A stretch of DNA of 64,000 bases, taken from contig CM052841.1 of assembly GCA_028534125.1 (NCBI GenBank), forward strand, positions 66,712,001 through 66,776,000, given 5' to 3'. The translations under genes and the position numbers were made by a program. The notes beneath the pieces were generated by a model, which was not told the DNA's origin, ran no database searches, and saw nothing but the letters and a program-made list of their open reading frames with translations. Every line of letters starts with the position of its first letter. Positions within the stretch are counted from its first letter, which is position 1. The DNA comes from Lama glama. Lineage: Eukaryota. Shown here one piece after another: positions 22,889-64,000 of the stretch.

Positions 22889-24891
22889 TTGATGTGTCTC
22901 CAAGAATCAAAATGTTTTCAAACACAACTAAGATATAAAATACAGCATAAAATAAGGTTTATACCTATTCCCCACATAAAGCAGAAAACTTGTTCAGAAG
23001 TTGTTTTTCCAAAACCAACTGGTCGATCGTTTTCTCCTCCTTGTGTGACATCTACCCCGATCCGGAGCACTAGGCCACTGTCGCTTGGCCACCAGGGGTC
23101 AATCTCAGTTATACAAACCGAACAGGTCTTCTAAGCACAGGGCTGAGGACCCATCCCCTGCCAAGGGCCATGCCATGCATGGAGCGCCTGTGACCTGGCA
23201 GAGTGTGCTACTCACTGGGACGGTCGTGTGTGGTGACGGGGAAGCAGGTGTGGACCCAGGGACCTCCCAGCCCAGGTGGAAACCGAGTCAGAAACCGCCC
23301 TTCATGCGGGAGCGTCCCAGTGAGTGAGGGGAAAAGCCCCTGTCCTTATAAATACTCCGGGGTAGGGAAGTGGGCCATGGGGGGGGGTTAGGAGCATCTT
23401 GGGATGACCTCTGCTGTGGCTGGGACATGGGGGTGGGGGGCTGAAAAGGTGGCCGTCACTCCCCTTGGGTTAGCGGGTCCAGGCTGCAGAGGGACCAGGG
23501 GAGCTCCTAAGAGCACTGATGGCCAGGGCTGGCCCCACACCGTGCCGCAAAGCTGACCGGGGTCCTGGGGTGGGGGTGTGCTCCGCACCTCACCCTGGCT
23601 CTGGTCTGGGAGGTAAGCGTGGAGCCTGGCTCAGGACTGGCTCCAGCAGCCCTGGGGGGTGGCCCTCAGGCTTGCACCCCCAGCTGACGAGACCAGAGAA
23701 GAGACTGGCCCCAGGGCCAGGCTTATGAGGGGCCTCCAAGGAGAGCCAGCCTCACCTCGTCAGTCTGATCCCCGGAAGGCCCCAGGGAAGGGCCGCCGGA
23801 GGCGCAGGGATGTTCCGACTCAGCTCATGGGGGACAAGCGGACAACAGCGACAGGTGCTCACGCCCCCACAAGAAGAGAAACACAGTATAAGGCAATGTT
23901 AGAGACTTTAAATACAGGATCAAGATCCAATCGGTAAGGCATCACAAATCGTAAAAAGTAATTTGGGCTGCGTTCAGCAGAGCGAGTAGGCAATCCGAGC
24001 AAGCAGCGGCCTCGTGAGAGCAGGAGGTGGTGGCTGCGTGGCCGGAGGGGCCCCTCAGCCCCTCGGCCCCGGGCAGGCCGGGCGGCGCGCGGCCCCAGCT
24101 GCAGCCGCGACTCTGGGACAGGTCAGCGTGAGGTAACTGGTCTGAGAGCCCGCTCTGGCCGGCCCTGGCCCCCTAGCTGGGCAGTGGGGCCCTGCGGGCT
24201 CCAGGTGGCTTCCCCGAGGACCACCGTCCCCACCGTGAGCCGCCCCCGGGGATCACCCCGGAGCTGCTGCAGTCCGAGCCGATGTTCTGACTAGCGCCTT
24301 TCACCAGCAACGGCGGCCGCAGCCGCCCCTTAATACTGCCTTATCCTTTGGGTTTGGGGCTTTCCTGAACGGTTTTCGCTGTCCCTATCACGTACCGCAG
24401 CGCAGGGCGGCAACAACGCGGAGGCCGCGGGTGCAGTTTTAACCCGGTGCTGATGTTGGGCTGGGCTGTCCCAAATCATTTAGTAGTTTTAGCTAAAAAC
24501 GTAAACTTTGAAAGAAAAAATAAAGAGGGAGACTGCTTTGAATGATACACAGATGTATCTGCTCACAGTACAGCTTGAAGGTCCCCCGCCCCCAAAAAGA
24601 AACAAAAACAGGACTGAGGGGCCACAGCCAACCAAGCTGCTCGCCCCGAGAAGCCACGGCCCCGCCGGGGGAAGGGGCGCTGCCCGCAGGCTGGGGCTCC
24701 GAGTGGTCAGGGACCGGCTGTGGGGCCAGAGCCGGGCTGGCCATCAGTTATCAGGTGTCTGTGAATAAAGTTCTCAAAACATCTGTGCCTTTACCAAGGG
24801 AGGGAAGGGGAGAGGATACATAAATGCTGGCGGTTAGGTCGAATCCACCCGAACCATCCTCGGCAGCCACGGTCCTCGCAGGCGGGGGCTG

Positions 24892-35349
<10,458 letters not shown>

Positions 35350-35868
35350 GGCGGCGGCGGGAGGCTCGGCTCGCTCGCTCGCTCGCTCCCTCGGCGCCCG
35401 CGCCCGCTGCGGCCTCCACAGGAAGTGCCCGGCGGCCGGCCTCGCTCGGCGTCCGCGGCTCCAGCGGCTGCCACGTAGGCCAAGCCTTAAAGGGGCCGCG
35501 CCGCGGGGACCGCCCCGGCCGCGCCTTAAAGGGGCCGCGCGCCGCCCGCCGCGCTCAGGCCCCGCCCCCACGCCCGAGGCTCCGCCCGCCGCGCTCCGGC
35601 CCGGCGGTCCCTGTGAGGTGCCCGGCCCTGGGGCCTGCCTGCGGCTGGGACGCGAGGGCGCCCCAGCGGACACCGTTCGGGCAGGGTGGGTCCCCAGGCG
35701 AGGCAAGCGCCCGGGGCTGAGGGGCGCCCCGGGTGGGGGATGGGCACTCACCGGGCGCGGTCCCGACTGAGCATGCTCAGTCGCGGGTCCGACTGCGGCG
35801 CGGGCTAGCGGTGCCCCTCGCGCCCCGCGGAGGGAGAGGGAGGCCGGAGTCTCCCCTCAAGACGCACT

Positions 35869-55932
<20,064 letters not shown>

Positions 55933-56161
55933 GTGCCTCCCGGGCCCCCCTCCCCTTCCCCGGCCTGTTCCTCTGGGAGCTGCCGGACTGGGCATCCCCT
56001 CCGGGGTTACGCGGGGTGGGGGGGAGGAAGAACCGCCACCCAGGACTAGCACGTGCACTTCACCCTTTGTGACAAGGGGCCTGGGCCATTCCCAGGGTGG
56101 GGCCGCCCGGCTGGGACAGGTGGCAGTAGCCAGACACAGAGCCTCCACCAGCTCCAGCTCC

Positions 56162-56180
56162 AATAAAACCTGCGTTTATG
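56162..56180. terminator. Convergent poly(A) signals: STKLD1 AATAAA (+, 56162-67) and probable REXO4 CATAAA (-, 56180-75)
   Basis: caataaaacctgcgtttatg; no other canonical hexamer seen in the REXO4 3'UTR. Confidence 0.7.
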
Positions 56181-56828
56181 TCACACAATGTCCTTAGGGG
56201 TCTGGAGTTTTTGTACAGCCGGCAGGTGGCTCAGTGTGGCCTGGGGTGTCACGCCCTCCACGCAGTGCCCTGACCTTGGTTCTCGGAGACTCTCACCCCA
56301 GGGCTGGGGAACAGCCGCAGGCCGTCCATGGTCAACAGCTCTGTCTCAGACGAGGGAGGTGCCTGCCTCTGGGTGTCACTGCTGTCCCCGCGCGGGACAC
56401 CCTGAGCTCACCTCACCAGCTGTGGGCTCGGACCCGGAGTTCAAGCCTGGCTAGGGTGTAGGGAGTGGGTGAGAAAGGACCCCCTCACCTTCATAGAGTC
56501 TCCCTCAGTCCACGGGTGACCATAGAAATTCCTCCATGAGGCTGCAGCTGGCTGCCCACAGCCCCTGGGTCCAGGCCGGAGTCCGCAGAGTTCTTCCCAT
56601 CGCCCAAGGGGGTCTCGGGGGACCACACGGAAGACCCGGCGGACAACTGGGTGCTTTCAGCCCCGGGACCTGGTACGTCCCAGGGGATGGTCGGCGTGGC
56701 ACAGCCCCTACTCCCGCCCTGTGTATGGTGACGAGTCTTAGGTCACAAAACCAGAGAAGTCCTGCTCAGCAGCACATGCGCGTGTGTGCCCCTCCGCCAT
56801 GATTCTGAAACCTCTCGGGGGGACTCGG

Positions 56829-59800
56829 TCACAGCTGCTGCAGGCCGTCCAGGGCTGGGCTGGAGGCCGGGGACCGGCTGTCCCGGGCTACGCTCTCCCA
56901 CTCCTTCCTCACCGAGACATACAGCCTCATCGCTGCCTGTGCGTCCTGAACCTGGGGGACACGGAGGGTCATCGTGACTGTTCCACCGGGGACAGGCACA
57001 GCCACACAGGGCGGATGAAGGAGAAAAGTGATGTGGTCTCACTGTACTTCTGCACCCCCAGCGCCCCCACTCATGGAAGGAAGGAACCCAAAGAAAGGAA
57101 GGGACAAACGTGCTGCCCAGAGAGGCGCACCGGACCCCATGGAATGAGGACCAGAGGGGAGGCGTGGCGGGCTCAGAGCCTGGCGCTGGGCGCACAGAGC
57201 CTAGGGGGCTGGGGCCGCGGGCGGTGGGGCTCCACGGGCCGCCAGCCTATCCCGCAGTCCTAGAGGGCCTCCAGCCCAGACCCGGGACTTCTTCTTCGAT
57301 GACAGTACACCAGCTGTTTTTTCATGGTGAGTGTGAATCAGTTAAACGTAACCATTTAGAACTTAATCAGCACTGTGCAGGCCCGTGGCGCCATGCCATT
57401 TCTCACAGCCAGCAGCCTCCTAAAAGGCGCCTGAGCCCCGAGGTGTGTGTGTCAGGTGACAGGCACCTGCCTCCGAGGCCGGGCAAGGCCCCCACTTCCG
57501 GGGACTGTCAGGCGGGACACACTCACCGAACAGTGCTCAGCCTGCTGCACCCGGATCCCCAGGATCTTCTCTGCAAGCAGCTTCAGAGACGGCCGTCCAC
57601 TCTGTCAGGGGAGAGGGCAGCACATGGTGGCCCTGGGGCGGGTGGGGGGCTGCACCGGGCAGGGGTTCGCCTGCTGACCCCCAACCCCAGCGACCTTCAG
57701 TGTGCCTTCCAATGAAAGTGCCAGTGGCCCTGGGGGCTGGTGACACCCATGTCAGCCAGTGGAGGGGACCAGGAAGGACCCTGCATCTCAGCCTTCCAGG
57801 GGCAGCTCTGCCGCTGGAACAGGCCACATGGCGGCTTCTTCCCCGCAGTCGGGGCTCTTGTCACAGGTCAGAGTGGACTCACCGGCCCTCAGGGACATGA
57901 ACTTTGAGGTTGGCATGTAGCAGAACTCTCCTTTTTAAGATGCCTTTCAGTTTTAAAGGTTAAAAGGAAAAACCAAACCAAGCCAAAACCCCCTTAACAA
58001 GCCAGCCAGCCTCCAGGGACCAGAACAGAGGACCGTGCGCACCGCGACACCGCCCCCCCGCGCAGGGCCACGCTGGCTCCGAGCACCTTCACTCGGCTCC
58101 TGAAAGGCTTGTACTTCTGAGTGTCCCGGATCTTCTTCTTTGGGTGACCCAGGAACAGCGCCTGGAGGGAGAAAACACGACGGGGGCCTCACTGTTCACC
58201 TGCTGTGAGGGAACCCCCCAGTTCCAGCAACGACACACGTTCCCGCACAGATGAAATGAGGTGCTGACGACAGCCTGAACGTCTGGGAGAAAACCACCCC
58301 GGGGAGGCGGCCCTCGAACCACAAACCACGGGGCTGAAACGGCCTTGAGGCCGGGAACCTGGAGCTGAGGAACCAGCAGCCAACTTGTTGCCTGTTTTCA
58401 GTTGGTGTCACGCACACAGTGAGGCGGGAACAGAGCCGGTTTTAACAGCTCAGCAAACGACAGGCCTCGGGGGAGGTCTGAGTCCACCCAAGTTACCAGG
58501 GTCGGAGAGGGCGCGAGGAGGGAGCAGGGCACCAGGCCCCTGGGATGAGAATCACCACGATAAAGCGCGCTTCTGTGAGCAGAGGACGCGTTAGTTTTTA
58601 ACGGTTAAAAACTTACTTTTAAAAGGCACGTAAAACCAACACTTCCCAGTCCCTGAGATGTGGGAGGACTCCAGGGTCCCAGAGGACGCAGAAAAACTCC
58701 AGGCCCAGGGAGGACAGGCTCCCACCCCGCCTGCCCTGAGCTTCCCGCCCGAACCGGAGGGTCAGCTTTGCCCACAGCAGGACCCTGCAGGGCAGAGGCT
58801 GAGGCCGCGCCCTCTGGGCCTCGGGAAGGGGGCCTTCTGAGCTTGCCTGCCGCCCTCTGAGCTGGCCATGGCGGGCCAGCCTGTGAGGCGGGGGCTGCCT
58901 GGTGGCTTCGAAGGAATGGTCACCAGGGAAGCTCTGCCCTGAGAGGAGCTGCAGCCCGTCTAGCGGGTGTGCGGGGTGGTGGGCGGGGAGCCGGCCCACC
59001 AAGCTGACACGTGGGCACGTCACTCAGTGCACGAACCAAGCATGACTGCCTTAGACGCTGCGCTCCACAGAAGGCCAGCGCGGCCGAGCCAGTACCTTCA
59101 GATCATTGTGCAGCGCGTGTCCGACCAGAATCCGGCCCTTCAGCAAGTCTGCCACTTCCTTCTGGACAACTTCAAATTCTTCTCCTGGAATCAAAACAAG
59201 GAAGTAATTTTTATCAACACATAAATCACTGTTTCTGAGAAGGAGAGGCCGCCACCCTAGGTCAGGACTCAGAGGGCCGGCAGTTAGAGATTCTGGGCGG
59301 TTGCCCAGGGGCTGTCTCAGCTGCCCCCCTCTTCCCCAGGGAGAAGGGAGGGGCGCACACCCACTGCCACCTGGCGGAGTGACCCTGACTGCTGAATCTA
59401 ATAGAAACCAGGGCCTGTGTCTGATGTCTTTGCAACTGGAGATAAGAACAAAGGGTGGGGGTCCCCTCACCACAGATGGTGAGAAGCCCCACTCCAGACC
59501 CCGGGCTCCAGAGGAGGCCTGCCTGCTTTCTCCGAGCAGACCCTCTGGGGGCCCCCCTTCCCCTCCTCCCAAAGGGAGGGGCTGTGGGAACCGAGCTTGT
59601 GCCCTGTGATTCTGTCCGCTCTAAGCCAAGAAAGACTGGCAGAGCCTGGGCTGGAGATGCGCATGGGCCCTGGGGCCGTTGAGTGGGAGAAGCTGAGAGG
59701 TGCGGAGAGCAGAGACCACATGGCCTGAGAAAGCAGGGCAGTGGCCACGAGCGCCTGCATCCAGGACCTCCCCCCAAGTCTTCGGGCCTTCGCTCCCGCC

Positions 59801-62800
59801 AGCACAGCCAGTCCCTTGGCAAACCCGACAGACTCAGCCTCTGGGGTGTGTCCAGAGCTGGGCCACAACTTGTCACCTTTAACGGTCACCTCCAGCTCAC
59901 ACTCGTCCGCCCCATCCCCAGTCCTGCAAAGAACCTGCAGGGACCTGGGCCGGACCTCGCCTCTCACTGCCCACAGGCCCCCCAGAGTCCTCGCGGTCTG
60001 CCAGACCCCACAGTCTGCACACCTCCCCAGCCACACCCTCCACCGGCCTCCTGCCCCCTCTCTCTCTGTCCTGCCGCCAAGTCACAGAGTGCCTTAGAAC
60101 AGCGTCCTGGTCTGGAGGCTGGCAGCCAGGAGGCAGCAACGAAGACCCGAGAGCTTGGCCCCCACCGCACCCCCGCTAGCTAGCTAGGAAGCACCCGCAG
60201 AAGGGAACAGGTGGAGGAACACGAGCGTGCCACTGCCACTCTCGCCTCTGAGCACCACCCACCCTGCGCGAGGTCCTCGGGCCGGATCCCGCTGACCGCC
60301 GTCCTGTAGTCAGTCACCAGCTGGGTCGGCTTCACGAACTTGTCATAAACACACTTCCCGTACTGGTTCACCAGGGACACGCGGGCGGCGATGCTCTCGT
60401 CCCCCTGGGGGCCCACACCCACCATCTCACAGTCCAGGGCTAAGGCTTTGGTCAGGCTGAGGGAACCAAGGCTCCGATTTAATGCATGCAGCAGGGGGAC
60501 CAGGGAACAGGCACCGCCGCCCCCCACCGTGACAAGCCCTGTGCAGACATGGGTCCCAGCAGGGCACTGAGAGGTGCCCGCCCGACCCACCGGAGGGGAG
60601 GGACGGCTCCTTCCCGGAAAACCCCCGCCCTCCAAGGCCGAGTGCGCCCCGCGTACCCCCTGAAGGCCCGCTCCTTCACCAGCGTGGTGCTGCTCTCGCT
60701 CTGACCCAGCTGTTTCCTCGCTATGTCGGCTGCCTCGGGGCCGATGGCCGCTTCAATATCCTCCGGATCCACATCGTCAAACCAGATGTCTTCCCTGAAA
60801 GGCAGAGCGAGCAGGCTGGACGCGCCGGCGGCGGCCACTGCTCCTGCAGTCAGGCCCCAGGTGCCGGCCCACCGCTGTGACCATCTCGGCACTTTCTCCC
60901 CTCACGCTTCTTTTTAACTAAAAAACACTCAGTATCCAAAATTCAGAGCTACAGAGTAACACACAGAACACAAAACAGAAATAGAGACCCCCACCCAGGT
61001 GTAACAGCTTCTAATGTTTCCTTTCTAATTACAACACAAATTCTATTGTAATCAAACATTCAAGAGACTCAAACACGACTGTCCAACATGACACAGACTC
61101 CTCCCCCCGCCGCCCACTTGGTGCCACGCCCTGCAGACACAGACGCCCGGGCAGGAGCGCACACTTCTGCCCGCTGAGTGTGTCTTTTGGACTCAGCTTC
61201 CACGTCATCTCCTTAGGGATGGCTCCCTGAACAGACACGCTCCCCTGGCCCTCCGCTCCCACAAGCTTCTCCCTCGCTGGATTTATCCCGACCACACTGA
61301 GCGAATTGCTGAAATAATCTCAGTGTCTCGTCCATCTCCTCTGCTTGGCTGCCCCCCAGGAGGGAGCAACCCATCAGGGCCACTCTATTTCCAGACAATG
61401 GGCCTGGCACATGACACAGGGCAGGCACTGAAACCCCTGTCTCCTAAAACCTGTGCCCACTGTGACCTCAACACCCAGGCAACAGGCAGCCAGCCCAACT
61501 TACACCTCCAGCTGAGCCATTCGGAGGAACCACTGACCTCTGGTCCCCCCCACCACGTCAGTGACATCCCAGTGTTTGCTGAGTAACCAGCAGGCACAGG
61601 TCAGCCCGCTACACCTCACAGACCCACCACACAGGACAATGCAGAGGCTCAGGGCATGTAGGAGCTTGCCCCCAACCACCCAGTGAGCAAGACACAGGAA
61701 TAGGTTTCAGACCAGAGTCTTCCTGGCTTTTGCCGTAACCTCCCTCTCGGCAAGGACGACTGTGGCAGACTGCAGCCCAGGCTGGCGGAGGCCGTGGGCA
61801 CTTACTCGGTGGGTGGGGCTGGGGCCGAGGTGGCGGTCGCCTCCTTAGCTTTCCGCTTCTTATGCTTGATGTCTCCTCGCTTCGGAGAAATGTTCCCATT
61901 GGTCCTCTTCTTGGCTCCTTTCTCACTGTGCCGTGCCTGCCCGCTGCGCTGTGTGTGAAGTGCAGGCATCTTCCTGTTTGGTGGTGATCCTGGGGGAACA
62001 GAGCCCCCTGTGGCCTCCTGGTCTGTGTCTTCTGCCCCCATCTCAGCCCTCTTTGCTTTATCTGGGATTGATTTCCTGTTCTGCTGGACACTTCGGGGCT
62101 GCTTTTTGGAATCCATCTGACAGAGAGCAAGAGGCTCTTTCCGGGTCTGTGATTTTTGCTTCAGCAGCTAATGGAACCCAAGATAAGATACGTGACACAT
62201 TTTCATTTGGAAATCACGCACAAGAGACTGAAAACACGTCTGGGTATGTGCGTAAAAGCAACCTGTTCTCACATTTATCGTTATTTTACAGTTAACTCCC
62301 TCCCACCTTTGGCCAAAAGGCTGGGGCACAGAAATCACTTCCTTTATCAGATTTCATGGTTTGCTACTGCCGTGAGGGTCTCAGGAAGAGAGGGGTGTGT
62401 CCAGTGACAGGTGGCTGAAGGGCTGGCAGCCACACCCCTGCTCTTCCGCACGGAGGGCTGAGGCCTTCCAGCCCCATCTCCTCTGGTGTGCGAGTCCTCA
62501 ACCTGGATGCTCTCTACATGGTTAAGACCCTGCCACGCACGTAGCTGAGATGTGAGGTGGGTTTCCACTTTCCTGTTCCCATAACATTTAAAGAACATAA
62601 ATATTGCCTTTCTTGTATGAACGAGAGAAAACTCAAGGTTTTTGTCACAGTAAACATTCCTCTGCTCCACTTAATTTTGCTTTATATTCTTGAAAGTGGC
62701 AGACTTACAGTTTAAGAAATCAGAGGACCCTGGGGGTGCCCTAGAGAAATTCACTCATCCAGGAGAAATATTTGGATTCCTGCCCTAAGATGCTGGGCCT

Positions 62801-63829
62801 GGTTAAGAAGTTCAAAAGCTCTTCTCTGTTCTCTCTCGCTTCCTCTAAGGCTCCGTAACGGACTCCAGGAACTTGCAGAAGACACTCTGAAGGTCGGTGG
62901 TAGCAAAGAGCACAAACTGAGGCCCAACCATGGGAACCTGTCCCCCAGCCCACTCACTAGCTGTGTGGTCACACGGTTCCTCAAACTCCCTGCTTCAATC
63001 TCCTCATCTGAAAAACAGCAGCTAACTCCAAGGAGGCGCAGAGAATTTGTGAGTGAAGTACGTGGAACAGCATCTAGCACACGGTAACCCATAAGTGAGT
63101 TCTGACCAATGATGTCAAGAAAGGCAGTAAGTTTAACTCTGCATTGACAGCAGGGATTTTGGCGTCTGACTCCTGGTTCCGCCGACCCGGCTGCAACCCT
63201 GGATAATTTACTTAACCTTTCTGGGCCCATTTCCTCTTTTGTAAAATGGGGATGATAAAGGACTCTGTCTCACAGTGTTGGTATCGGGTTAAAGAAGAAC
63301 ACACATCCCGCCGTGTCTGCACACCTTAAGGTCAGCATCTGGGCGCAGGAGTGATCAACCATCACGTGTTTAAAGACCCAGAGCACTGAGAGAATCCTCG
63401 ACATCAACTTCTGCCACCCACTCGCCCAGGAGCTCGCTGCCTGCCCCAGAGGCCACTTCTCCTGTGAACGGCGCTGTCCGCACAGTCTCCACTCCAATGC
63501 GCCTCCACAGCGCCCTTCTGGGGCCCCGCAAGCCCTGCTCCCTCTTCCACTGCGGTGACCGGGGAAAGAGCGGCGCGGTCCGCGGGCCCCCTCGCTCTTA
63601 CCTCCTGCAGCGCCTTCCAGTTTTGGGAAAAGTCTTCCGGTGCCTTTGGAGGCCGCACCGCGACGCCTCCGGCGTCGTTTCCCGGCTTCTCGCCTACTTC
63701 TCGCGCTTTGTTCTTCCAGAATCTTTTCTTCTTCCTCTTCTTCTTCCGAGTCGGCTTCTTGACGAGCCCCGGCCCAGGCGCGGGGTCGACCGCGGCGCGC
63801 TTGGGGGTCAGCGGCGTCGCCTTCGCCAT
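56829..63829 (-). CDS. REXO4: RNA exonuclease 4 (DEDDh 3'-5' exonuclease), 427 aa
   Basis: Exons 63829-63602, 62167-61806, 60794-60657 (EDIWFDDVD), 60456-60263 (ALDCEMVGVG, ExoI), 59184-59096 (ILVGHALHNDLK, ExoII), 58161-58087, 57601-57527 (QAEHCS), 56951-56829 (VQDAQAAMRLY, ExoIII). Total 1284 nt. Confidence 0.97.
62930..63340 (+). mobile_element. Two MIR SINE fragments, REXO4 intron 1
   Basis: cactcactagctgtgtgg...ctcctcatctgaaaaac and acttaacctttctgggcccatttcctcttttgtaaaatggggatgataa (MIR core). Confidence 0.7.
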
Positions 63830-64000
63830 CCCGGCCTCGTCCCTGGTCCCTGGGCCCGCTCACGGCGCCTCGCCGCGGCCCCGGAGCTGGGCTCTGCCCG
63901 CCGAGCACAGGCCCCAGCCAGCCCTCGACTCGCCCGCTGGGGGGACACCCGCGCCCAGGACCCCGGAAGCGACCCCGCGCGCGCCTCGGCACGTGCGCCC
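63430..64000. promoter_or_regulatory. CpG island / REXO4 promoter
   Basis: CpG-dense region over exon 1; ETS site CCGGAAGC at ~63963. Confidence 0.75.

Overview
This is mammalian genomic DNA, GC-rich, containing the Surfeit housekeeping gene cluster and two neighbours. Gene order: SURF6 (-, exons 1-3; the gene runs off the left edge), MED22/SURF5 (-), RPL7A/SURF3 (+), SURF1 (-), SURF2 (+), SURF4 (-), STKLD1 (+, pseudokinase) and REXO4 (-). I traced all exons by hand with GT-AG junctions and consistent phase, and they give intact ORFs: MED22 200/140 aa, RPL7A 266, SURF1 299, SURF2 258, SURF4 269, STKLD1 649 from the second ATG, REXO4 427. Six tRNA-Ala-derived SINEs resembling the camelid vic-1 family suggest a camel/alpaca genome (inference). 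I found no wholly new gene system. The best lead is that RPL7A hosts five C/D snoRNAs rather than the four I know from human: an extra SNORD24/U24 in intron 1 keeps the intact D' guide, which is eroded in the usual intron-2 copy. Other leads are an in-frame stop that turns the probable ancestral STKLD1 start into a uORF, a bidirectional STKLD1/REXO4 poly(A) site, and clustered miRNA sites in the SURF4 3'UTR. There is a 274-N assembly gap at 39538-39811. Comparisons to human, mouse, rRNA and miRNA sequences are from memory, not from searches.
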